Part shown: in pieces, positions 39,187 to 51,624 of the stretch
Numbering within the stretch: the first letter of the stretch is position 1
Layout of the letters: every line of letters begins with the position of its first letter
Source of the DNA: the human T2T-CHM13v2.0 reference genome, Homo sapiens
DNA length: 64,000 bases
Direction: 5' to 3' (one strand)
Assembly: GCF_009914755.1 (NCBI RefSeq)
Contig: NC_060928.1
The notes under the pieces: model-generated
The model's database searches: none
What the model was told of the DNA's origin: nothing
The model's input: the letters and a program-made list of their open reading frames with translations, nothing else
Program-made: the position numbers and the translations under genes

Positions 39187-40574
39187 ATAAAAGTAAAGTG
39201 TATAAAATTATACTTGTTTTTCATAAAACATGTTTTATGTGTTTATGTTTTTCATTTAGTACAGTTTTTAAAATTTCAAAACTAAGTATTAGAAAAATAA
39301 TTAACATATATGCAAGATACAACAGAAGTTGTTCAATGGCTTATTCTATAGTAAGAATTGTGGAAGATTTTGTCTGCTTTTTTCTTTCCCCTCCATCAAA
39401 TAATTTTATACTGCTTAACAACTATTGAAGAAATTCCAAAACAACACTGATTTAGTAAAATAATGAATAATTTTGTATTTGCTGAATGATAACTACTATC
39501 AGAGAATCATTAAATAAAAAATAATCTTTTTTTAACCAACTCTGGATACTGCCATGCTAATTATTTTGAGAAATGACAAAAGTTATTCTATATAATTTTC
39601 AGCAAAGTCAATTTCCCTTTATTTTATACAAATATATATTATTCTGGAGTAACATTATATTTAACTAGTTAAATTGTTTAACCACTTGTAATTCGAGGTT
39701 AATTTTTCCTGGCATCAATAGTGTCTTACTGAGATAATAATGGATTATGTTAAGACAGTCTTATTCTTTCCAGTTGAAAAGACTGTTCTCTAGCATGGGC
39801 AGAAAAGAAAGTCTGTTTTTTCCTTGATAAAGCAAATGAAAGTAAAGTGAAAAAAGCATTGCTGGAGCACACATCTAGACAAAGCTGCTTCATGCTTAAG
39901 AAGAAAGCCAGCTGTGAAGCGATACTGGCCATTTATGGTCAGATGATGGCTTTCAATGGCATCAGTTAAATTTAAAGATACCAAGAAAATTGTGTGACAT
40001 TGCATTAAAAAGCTTTTAGACCGCTCTTTGGATACAAAATGCAGTTTTCGTGTAACTTTTCTCTCTCCAAGCTAGTGGAGAATAAGGCAATGATGTTTGT
40101 ACTTTAGGGCAGACTGGGAGTTATTGTTACAGAATCCAAATCCAGCCAAGCAAGAATTGGGTACAAGTTATTCATTTCAATTGTGTCTTTTATACTGTAC
40201 TTTTTAAAAGATTGATGTTTCCTTTTACCAAGAATTAGCTGCTATTCATATATTTTATTCAATTACAGTTATTATGTCCTGTTGAATTTTTTTTCACTAC
40301 TCCTACCACTGTCCTTTCAGTATTCGCAAAAAAGCTCTTACAATATTCCATTCTGTGAGAAGTTTCGACCAAAAAGTGAGTGTAACTCTGATAACACTTA
40401 TTTATAGAGCAGTTGGCTTTGATGAACAATGAACTGTTACTTGATTTTACTCTTGGTTCAAGGACATCCACAAGTGCTGTCAAATTGAAAGCACACAAGT
40501 CACCTTCCTAAAGAGGTAAGTGGTTTTCCTTCCTCTCTCTCCTGGACAGAGGTCAATTTCTGTTCAGATTGGTT

Positions 40575-42660
40575 TGTTTATTCCATGAGAATATGGTATT
40601 TAAAACACATAATTAAAATGTACAGTTTGAAAAGTTTGGACATATGTATACACTTGTTTAACCATCACCAGTCATTATAATGAGCACATCCTTTATCCTC
40701 AGAAGTTTTCTCATGCCGTTTGCAATGGATTCCTTTCCTCCTGTCTCTACACTCCAGCCCCAGGCAACCAACGATCTGCTTTGTCACTGTGGATTAGTTT
40801 GTTTGATTTAGCATTTTATATCAAAGAAATCATAGAGTCTGTATCTTTTTTTGTCTTGCTTCTTTCACTCAGCATAATTATTTTGAGATTTATTGTGTTG
40901 TAGCATGAATAAGTAGTTAATTTATATCTACTGGTGTGAAGTATTCTATTGCATGGAAACAACACAATTTATGTATCTATTCACACATTGATGTACTTGG
41001 CAAGTAAAGTTGCTATGTGGTGTTATAATTTGCATTTTCCTAGTGAATAATGATGTTCAGCATCTTTTCATAGATTAGTTGGTCATCCAGCTACTTTGGG
41101 GAAGTATCTGCTCAAATATTTTGATTATTTTAAAAAATTGGATTGTTTGATTTTTAGTAAGTTTCAGTAAACATTTGAGTTTTTAGAATTGTTTATGCAT
41201 TTGGTATACAGGCCCTTTGTGAGATATGTGATGTGCAAATATTTTCTCCCAGTCTGTGGCTTGTCTTTTCATTCTCTTTCAATGACTTTCAAAGTGTTAT
41301 TTTTAATTGTAATGAAGTCCAACTCATTAATTTTTTTGTTATGGTTTGTGTTTTCATTGACATATCAATAAAATCTTTGCCTAATTTCATGCCATAAAGA
41401 TATTTTTCCTGTATTTTCTCCCTGAAGATATATAGTATTTTGTTTTACATTTAGGTCTATTACTCATGTTGATCCAATTTGAGTTAATTTCTGTATATGG
41501 TATGAGGTATTAAGAGAGTTCATTTTTTACATGAATATTCAATAACTATAGCACTATTCATTCAAAAGATTATCCTGTGTGCACTGAATTGCTTTATAAA
41601 AACTCAGTTGTTCATATATTTATATGTCTGTTTCTAGACTCTTAGTTGTTTCATTTATCTGTCTGTCTTTACACAAGTGCCACACTCTATGATTAATGTA
41701 GTTTTATAATAAGCCTTGAACCTAGGTAGCATTATTCCTGTAACTTTATTTTTCAAAGTTGTTATGACTCTTTATATAAGCTTTATAAATGGCTTTTTGA
41801 ATTTCCATATGAATTTTGAAAGTGGTCTGTCATTTCTATTAAAAAGAAGACAAAAACCCCTGGGAATTTTATTAAGATTGCATTAAATCTATAGGTCAAT
41901 TTAAGAAGAATTGACATTTTAAAACTATTAAGATTTCTAATTCATGCACATAGTATCTCTTTGCTTATCTAAGACATAATTTTTTCAACGTTTTGTAGTT
42001 TTCAGTGTATTAGTCCTTTACATGTTTCCAGAAATTTTTCCTGTTTCACTTATTTCTAGTTTCTAAAGGTAGAAGTTGAGATAATTGATTTCAGATCTTA
42101 TTTCTTTTCTAATGCAGATCTTTCACACTATAAATTACTGATTTAGTGGCATGCATAAATTTCAGTATGCTGCATTTTTATTTTTATTTAAAAATTATTT
42201 GTAATTTATTTTTTATTCTTCCTTTGACTCCCTCACCGTTCAGTTTTTAGAAGTACTTTAGCTAGTTCTCTCTCTCTCAATTTTATTTAATTTCATTGTG
42301 ATCAAAAAATATACTTTGAATAACAAATTTTTTTAAGTTTATAAAGATTTATTTTCTGGTTAAGAATATAGTCTATTTTGGTGACTAATTCATGAGCCCC
42401 TGAAAATAAGGCATATTTTCAGTTTTAAATAAAGTGCTAAATGCCAGTTATGTCAATTTGGTCTCCTAAATGCCAATTATGTCAATTTGGTTTATGATAT
42501 TGTTTGGCTGTTCTCTCATGTATCTTTATTGACTCTCTATCTACTTATCAATTATTGACACAGGAGTATTTAAATTGCCAACTATAATTATGGATTTATC
42601 AATTTCTCCTTCCAGTTCTATCAGTTTATACTTTATGTATTTTGAAATTTTGTTGAATTC
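40575..42660 (-). mobile_element. L1MD/MC-type LINE-1, fragmented
   Basis: ccccaggcaacca, ctttcactcagcataattattttgagatt, tgtgcaaatattttctcccagtctgtggcttgtc. Confidence 0.85.
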
Positions 42661-42849
42661 TAGGTGGTAAAGCCCATTATCACTCAAATTACGATCAAAT
42701 GACCCAGTTTCTTGGGAATGCTAACATTCTTGAATTTACATTTTCTATTGCTATGCCTCCAAATTAATCGCCCCATATAAAGAGATTCTTAGGCTGAGAG
42801 TATGCCCAGGATGGAAAGAGGAGACAAACACACGAAGTACCCAATAGCA

Positions 42850-43090
42850 TTGTCTTCAAAGGACAGGCTCTGATAGCCAGTAAGATCTGTGTAGTAAATA
42901 GACTTCTCTCTCATTTAGCCTTATTAATTTGGAATTGTGGGCTTCAGTCTTTTCATCCTTAAAATAACTAATGATAAGAATGCTAATCTTTTAAGACAAC
43001 TTTGAAGATAAAGTGAAATAATTCTTATAAAACACACTGCATAGGGCTTGACACAGGGTAGCTGTTAGTCTAAGATAAGTGCTATTATCA
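42850..43090 (+). mobile_element. MIR
   Basis: gcttcagtcttttcatccttaaaat core and gcatagggcttgacacag...gctattat end. Confidence 0.6.
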
Positions 43091-44130
43091 TTTGGCAAGC
43101 TGTATTTTTACCCTTGTTTATCTTTGACCTGCAATCTCCTCAGGAATTTATTTTTCAACTTTAAGGGTCTAGAAAACATAAACTACTCCTGGAAGTCACA
43201 TACTAAGTAGAGGACTCGATGTCTGAGTAAAGTCATCCTTCATTGGTAGCCAAATACAGGACACAGTGAGTTTCAAGGGTGTCAGAACATTTTCACACTA
43301 TTGTCTAGCAAACCCCATTTAAATTCCAAGAGTGGGGTTGTCAGGATTAGATATGGATTTTCATGAACTAATAAAATAGTCATAATATAAATACATATGG
43401 GAAATTTTCTATCAATAAATGTTGAATAATGAAAATATGTTAGTTGCTGCTGTTACGATATTTAGAAGGAGCACTAAATTAAATTAATTAAATTAAGATT
43501 CTACAGTTAAAAATAGCACTAGAATTTCTTGTGAAATATGACACTTAACATTAAAAATGTCAGTGGCAAATGTTGCTATTATTTCTCTTTTTCTCAAAAC
43601 TTCCTCAATTACAATGGCTGCGTTTAATAAATTATATTTTAATTAAAGCAGGAAAAGGGAAAATTAGGTGAAAAAAACCTCGTCTTTTATTAGAAGTCTT
43701 CTTTGAGGGAAACACTAATTTTCATCGTGAATATCATTCAGCTGGAGGTGGCATTGAAGATTTAATTTGGAAAGATGTCAAGAAAACAAAGGATTTCTCT
43801 CTGACCTCCTTTCCCCAATGGAAAAGATGATATCACTTCGAAGTTTCTTCTAAAACAAAGAATAACTTTTCAAAAGTTTCCTTTGAAATTGGAGTCAGTA
43901 AAGCTGAACAAAAATATCATAAACACACCTAATCTTTGTCCACTTCCCAAGCCTGTCCCAATTTCTGATGAATGCTACACTCAGAACCATTTCTCATATA
44001 AAGAGAACATTTGCTATTTATTGGAAAAAGTTCCATTTTTTTGACAATGTACTGTAATTCCTTGGGAGTAGGCTCCTAAATTGTCAATCTTGGCATATGA
44101 AAAATTCAAACGAATTAACAATAAAATTGT

Positions 44131-44506
44131 TATATTAGTCTGTTCTCACACTGCTGTGAAGAAATATCAGAGACTGGGTAACTTAGAAAGGAAAGAGGTT
44201 TACATGACTCACAGTTCTGCGTTGCTGGGGAGGCCTCAGAAACTTACAATAATGGCAGAAGGCAAAACAGAAGCAGGCACCTTACTCACAGTGCAGCAGG
44301 ATGGAATAAGTGCAAGCAAGGGATACGCTGGATGCTTATAAAACCATCAGATCTCCTGAGAACTCACTCACTATCATGAGAACAGCATGGGGGAACCGCC
44401 ACCATCATCCAATTACCTCCACCTGTTCCCGCCCTTGACACATGGAGATTATGGGGATTACAAATCAAGGTAAGATTTGGGTGGGGACCCAAAGCCAAAC
44501 AATTAT
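44131..44506 (-). mobile_element. THE1 (C-like) MaLR solo LTR
   Basis: tattagtctgttctcacactgct...ggggaggcctcagaaacttacaat...ttataaaaccatcagatctc...gatttgggtggggac. Confidence 0.92.
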
Positions 44507-44599
44507 ATAAACAAAGAAATGGAATTTTTCAGATTATTTTCTTCAATTAAATTATATAAAGTATATGAAGAGAAGAATATGCTATATCTTATTTTCAGG

Positions 44600-45430
44600 A
44601 TAAGTCTACAATATTCATTTTATAAATTAAAGAGTTAATGTTTTCATTCAAATTGTCATAACAATCCAAATATAGGCTACCAAGAAATAAACCTAATAAC
44701 ATATAAGCAAGAGTTTAGCCAACACACACAGACACACACACACACACAAAGACACACACACACACATTAATAAAACACATGGAGGAAGATGCAGATTTGT
44801 GGAGAAACATGCCATGTTAATAGTTGTTAAGAGAGATACAGTAATAATATTGATATCACCAAATTGATTTGTATATTAAGCATAATTTCAATAATTCCAG
44901 TATATATGGAAGAACAAATAACCAGGGAGAATCATGACAACGTAAAGAATAAGATTTCAGAAGGGAGACTTGCCCCATAGGATTTATTCATGTCCATTAC
45001 ACAGATCAATCCCAAATGGATAAATAATATAATTATAAAATGATTTCTAGGAGAATGTCAAAGTATCTTTAGGGGAGAGAAGATTATAATAAGGTAAAAA
45101 CACAAAATTTTAAAGAATATATATTTAATTATGTTCACATTAATATTTTTCTCTTTGTCAAAAGGCACATTAAAGAAAGTATAAATTCAAATTACTTACA
45201 AGGATAAGATCCCTCAAAACAAATAATTGATAAAAGATTGCTATGCAAAATTATAAAGAATGTCCATAAATCAATAAGAAAAAGACAATTAAATAGAAAA
45301 ATGGTTACACACATTCAAATAAATTACCAAAAAGTTAACAGCATAAATTGCCAATAATAATGTTATAAGTGTGCTCACGTTTATTTATTATCAATAAGCT
45401 ACAGATTGTAAAATAATGAAATGAAATTCT
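44600..45430 (+). mobile_element. L1ME-type ORF2 fragments
   Basis: tggagaaacatgccatgtt, gggagacttgccc, taaatcaataagaaaaagacaattaaatagaaaaatgg. Confidence 0.6.
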
Positions 45431-46000
45431 TTTATTATCATTTTCAACTATGAGGGCTCAAATATTATTATTTTTATAAAATATATTTCAGAATACTTAA
45501 TAAGCTCAATGTTTTCTTTTGACTTTTAAAGTAGTTATAAGACAGTAGAGGAATACTGAGTATTAGATGTTTTATTTCTTTGTGGAAAACAAAAGAATTT
45601 AGTGACATTTGAAAAACCTAGGATCTTGTTTACTAACACTGAAATAACTCCTAATACTACCTTAGCATTCAAGCAAAACTCTGCTCCTTCAGATTTGTTT
45701 TTCTTATTCTGTTTTGTAAGGTGGTGAAGAAATGACATATGACAAAGCACAACAGAAAATATTCCTGAGGCAAGTGTATCATGCGTATATATGTCTAAGA
45801 TTTTTTGGTTTTATATTTACCCTGAGACATTTTCAGTCACAAGTTGTATTATCTTTGGAGTCATATATTTTAGTTTTCCTAATTTATACACACACACACA
45901 CACACACCAGATGTCCTAAAGTTGCTCTTTCTGTTGACTCCTTGGACAGATCATAAAGAATCTCTGAAAAGAAGAATATAAAGGTATTTGTACAACTTAA

Positions 46001-46412
<412 letters not shown>

Positions 46413-46499
46413 CCAATTCTTTATTTCAATATGTTCACATATCAAAATATGGTTCACATAGTTATATAGCTCACATTATAAAATGATTTATAGAATACA

Positions 46500-46620
46500 G
46501 TTATACTTATCTTACAGATGTAGCAAATGGGGTCCAGAGAGTTGACTGAGTTACTCAGGAGCACATAGATATAAGTGGGCTTTGATTGGAGTCAATAACT
46601 GACTTACTCTAAAACCTATA
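46500..46620 (-). mobile_element. MIR fragment
   Basis: ttacagatgtagcaaatggggtccagagagttgactgagttactcagg antisense MIR core. Confidence 0.55.
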
Positions 46621-46725
46621 CCATTTCAGGAGATTTTTACAAATGTCAGAGTGGACCAACTCTAAGACAACCTTTATGCTCATAAGAGACCACCAGCAAC
46701 ACAGGAGGTAGTATGATTGATTGTA

Positions 46726-47018
46726 GGTTGGACACAGTGGTTCACACCTGTCATCTCAGCACTTTGGGAGGCCGAGGCAGATGGATCACATGAGGCCAGG
46801 AGATTGAGAACAGCCTGGTCAGCATGGTGAAACCTTGTCTCTACTAAAAATGCAAAAAATATTAGCCAAGCATGGTGCACACCTGTAATCCCAGCTACTT
46901 CGGAAGCTGAGGCAAGAGAAATCACTGGGAGGCAGAGGTTGCAGTGAGCCGAGGTCACGCCACTGCACTCCAGTCTGGGTGACCGAATGAGACTCCATCT
47001 CAAAAAATAAAAAATAAA
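46726..47018 (+). mobile_element. AluS (Sz-like)
   Basis: Dimeric Alu with A-tail; tgattgta repeated on both flanks. Confidence 0.92.
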
Positions 47019-48860
47019 GATGATTGTAAGGCAGTTTCCATGCCTTGTAAAGCAGCTCCTCAAACACAAATGAAACTGTTGACTGAATGGTGCAGTATTA
47101 TGGAAAAAAATTTAGAATGAAAAAAAAAAAAAAGGAAAGCACAGTAAGAACAGATGTGGATAGATAGAAAGTGAAAATGCGAAAGTCAGAGCTAATGCAG
47201 AAGTAGGAAATGAGAAGAAAGACTGGGTTACCTTACCTCCCACAATTTTGAACTTGCCTGATAAAAAAAAAATATTACCTCGGCCCTTGGGTTTGGTGAC
47301 TAAAGGCTGATATTGATTGACAGGATAGACAGGATCCCCAGAAAGTTAACACTATGATACTAGTAATTTTGTAAGCCTCTTTCTTGCTGAGGGATTGAAC
47401 AGAATTATTAAACTCAAATTATTGCCTGGAACCTAGGAGTTAGAAAAGGCAATCACTATTACTGGAGAAAATAATAGAAAAATGTGGTTAATAATTTTAC
47501 TCAGCAGAAGAAGGAAAGAAATTGTATATGATACAATGCACCCTCAATCTGAATTTACTAGTAGGGTTTAATGGTGCGATGAGGAAAAAGTTATTAATTC
47601 CTGTATTTTAAATGTCTTCTCTGTGAAGTTACTCACAAAATTACTATAATAATTAAAAATATAAAAGACAATTATATCCATAAATTATGTAACACATTTT
47701 CCAGCATTTGACAATCTTATTTGAAATTTGTATCTTGAGTTTGTATCTTGTATCACTTCTTTCAATACCCCCAAATGAAAATGTTAACCTGGTTATTATT
47801 CCAGAAGTTTAAATATTATAACTAGATATTCAAATACCTAACAAATAACATGTTGATATTTTGTTCATTTCAAAAGAAAGATGTGACTTTCAGGTGCAGT
47901 GTATTAATTACTTAAGAGTATAATACATGTGGGCATAGCTATGGATACAACAGAACTTAGAGTTCTCAAAACATTTTTTAAAAAGTAAATTTGCTAATTT
48001 TTAACAGTCATTTTTATGCAACTGGATATGTATTAATATAGAATTTTTCTTGCCATAATAATAAAAAAGAAACTATTTTCTTACCTATTATCCTATGATC
48101 ATGTGAATTTAGACCAAATTACTTAAATGAGACAAAGCTCTCAAGCTCTTTATTTGGATAAAGAAGCAATTTGGTTTATAATTTTATTGTGCCTTTATGG
48201 AGGAAGAAGGGGGTCAAATCTCCTTTTCTTCTCTGGCCAAGAAATTCTACAGGTACCCATGCTTCACAGGAATGCAAAGTAGTCAATGAAATCTATTACA
48301 TTAAGCAACAAGTGTAATTACAGAATTTTGAATAATTCAAAGTTATGAGTTGTTTAACAACAGAGCATATCTCAATGTCTGAAATTTAGGCATCTTAAAT
48401 AATTTCTTAGTTTAAATAATACTTTTAAGTAGAACTTTGCAATAGCAGAAAACAGAACAGTATCATACATTTTTTATACAAGCTTGCATATTTGATAAGA
48501 CTCCAAGATTTGTATTTTGGCAATGTTCCCTATTTAACATTTTATTAGCTCTAATTTTATGAATTTGAATTGTGTTTGCTTGCAATTCATGTAACTGTAA
48601 GGGAAAAGGCAAGATATTCTCCTTCTGACACTATTTTTTGCTATTATTCTCAAGGGTAAGCCATGGCGTTTCATCAATTAACAATAAAGGAAGAAAGCAG
48701 GCCTAAAGCCTATGATGGAAAAAGAAAATGGCAGAAGAGATTGTGAACTTAAGTAAAGTATTGTAGGTATGCCGATGTATATTTTGAATTTATGGGTAGG
48801 AAACATAATAAAGCCTTATAAGAAAGAGAACATGTGCACCACCAGAAAAATTGAAGCATC

Positions 48861-48986
48861 ATTTTCTTCCATTCTTTTACTACTAAAGTCAAATGACACA
48901 TATTTAAGTAGAAATTTGTAATAACAGAAAACAGAATAGGATCATACATTTCAAATGACTTTAGTAGTAAAAGAATGGAAGAAAAT
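48861..48986. repeat. Perfect 31-bp inverted repeat with 64-bp spacer
   Basis: attttcttccattcttttactactaaagtca (48861-48891) and its exact reverse complement (48956-48986). Confidence 0.96.
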
Positions 48987-51564
48987 TGTCTGATTATTCA
49001 TTTATTGTTTCTGCTATTCAGCTAATTCTGCTGGCATTGTAAAGCTACTATCTGTCAGAGAAGAATAAATAGATTGACAAGAGATGAACACTCTTCAGAA
49101 TAGGGAAAAGTTCAGTGTGGTACTCCAAGAACTATCTACTGCATTAATTGTGCAATAAATGTTTAAATGTATTAAGGTATTCTTAATACTGTACTAAAGT
49201 ATTCTCTCAGGTTGAATTGAAAAGTGATTTTCATTTCTGCTTTTTATCTCTGAATCATTCTCTCTCTTTTTTTAATTTCCAACTTTTATTTTAGGTTCAG
49301 GAGTACATGTGCAGAATGTGCAGTGTTGTTACATAGATAAATGTGTGTCATGATGGTTTGCTGCACGGATCATCTCATCACCCAGGTATTAAGCCCAGCA
49401 TCCATTAGCTATTCTTTCTTATGCTCTCCCTTCTAAAAAGTGTTCTACCCTTCACCTTAAAAAATGCCCCAGTGTGTGTTCTCCACCCCCATCATGTGTG
49501 CATGTGTTCTCATAATTCAGCTCCCACTTATAAGAGAGAGCATGCAGCATTTGGTTTTCTTTTCCTGCATTAATTTGCTGATAATAATGGCTTCCATGAC
49601 CTTGCAAAGGACATGATTTTGTTCCTTTTTATGGCTGCATAGTATGTATATGTACCACATTTCCTTTATCCAGTCTATCATTTGATGGGCATTTAGGTTG
49701 ATTCCATCTCTTTGCAATTGTGAAGAGTGCTGCAATAAATATACACATGCATGTATCTTTATAATAAAAGATTTATATTCCTTTGGTTATATATCCAGTA
49801 ATTGGGATTGCTGGGTCGAATCGTATTTCTGCCTCTAGGTCTTTGAGGAATGGCCACACTGTCTTCTACAATGGTTGAGCTAATTTACACTCCCACCAAT
49901 AGTGCATAAGTATTCCCTTTTCTCGGCAACCTCACCATCATCTGCTATTATTTTTTTTGACTTTTTAGTAATAGCCATTCTAACTGGTGTTAGATGGTAT
50001 CTGATTATGGTTTTGATTTGCATTTCACTAATAATCAGTGATGTTGAGCTTTTCTTCATGTATTTGCTGGCCACATGTATGTCCTCTTTTGAGAAGTGTC
50101 TGTTCATGTCCTTTGCCCACTTTTTAATGTGGTTGTTTGGTGGTTTTTTTCTTGTAAATTGTTTAAGCTTCATGTAGATGCTGGATATTAGACCTTTATC
50201 AGGTGGATAGAGTGCAAAAATTTTCTTCCGCTTTTTACATTGTCTGTTTCCTCTGTTGATAGTTTCTTTTGCTGTGCAGAAACTCTTTTGTTTAATTAAA
50301 TCCCATTTGTCAATTTTTGCTTTTGTTCCAATTGCTTTTGGCATCTTCGTCATGAAATCTTTGCCTGTGCCTATATCCTGAATAGAATTGCCTTTGTTTT
50401 CTTATAGGGTTTTTATAGTTTTGGGTTTTACATTGAAGTCTTTAAACCATATTGAGTTAATTTCTGTATAAGTTGTAAGGAATGGGTCCTGTTTCAATTT
50501 TCTGCATATAGCTAGGCAGTTCTTTCTGTACCATTTATTAAACAGGGAATCTTTTCCCCATTGCTTGTTTTTGTCAGATTTGTCAAAGATCAGATGGTTG
50601 TCAGTGTGTAGTCTTATTTCTGCGTTCTCTATTCTGTTCCATTGATCTGTGTGTCTGTTCTTGTACCAGTATCATGCTGTTTTGATTACTGTAGCCCTGT
50701 AGTATAGTTTGAATTCAGATAGCATGATGCCTTCAGCTTTGTTCTTTTTGCTTAGAATAGCCTTGGCTATTTGGGCTCTTTTTTTGTTTTCATAGGTATT
50801 ATAAAACAGTTTTTTCTAATTCTATGAGGAATGTCAATGGTAGTTTAACAGGAACAGCACTGAATCTATAAATTACTTCAGGCAGTATGGCCATTTTCAC
50901 AATATTGATTCTTCCTATTCATGAACGTGAACTTTTTTGTGTTTACTTTTGTCATCCCTGACTCCTCTGAGCAGAGCTTTGTAGTTACCTTGTAGAGATA
51001 TTTCACATCCTTTGTTAGCTGTATTCCTATGTGTTTTATTCTGTTTGTGATGATTGTGATTGGGAGTTCATTTGTGATTTGACTCTCAACTTGACTCTTG
51101 TTGGTGTACAGGAATGCTAACAATGTTTGCACACTGATTTTGAATCCTGATATTTTACTGAAGTTGATTATCAGCTTAAGAAGTTTTGGGGCTGAAATGA
51201 CGGTGTTTTCTAGATATAAAATCATGTCATCTGCAAACAAAGATAGTTTGACTACCTCTCTTCCTATTTGAATACACTTTATTTCTTTCTCTTGCCTGAA
51301 TTCCCTGGCTAGAGCTTCCAATACTGTGGTGAATAGGAGTTGTGAGAGAGGGCATCCTCATCTTTTGCCAGTTTTCAGGGAAATGCTGCCAGTATGATAT
51401 TGGCTGTGGGTTTGTCATATATGACTGTTATTATTTTGATATATGTTCCTTTAATACCTAGTTTATTCAGAGTTTTTAAAATGAAGAGATGTTGAATTTT
51501 AATGAAGGCCTTTTCTGCATCTATTGAGATAATCATATGGTTTTTGTCTTTAGTTCTGTTTTTG

Positions 51565-51624
51565 TGATGAATCACATTGATTGGTTTGCATATATGATGA
51601 ATCACATTGATTGGTTTGCAAATA
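51565..51624. repeat. 30-bp tandem duplication in L1 ORF2
   Basis: tgatgaatcacattgattggtttgca(t/a)ata x2; ORF track shows [10 protein letters not shown] twice. Confidence 0.95.
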
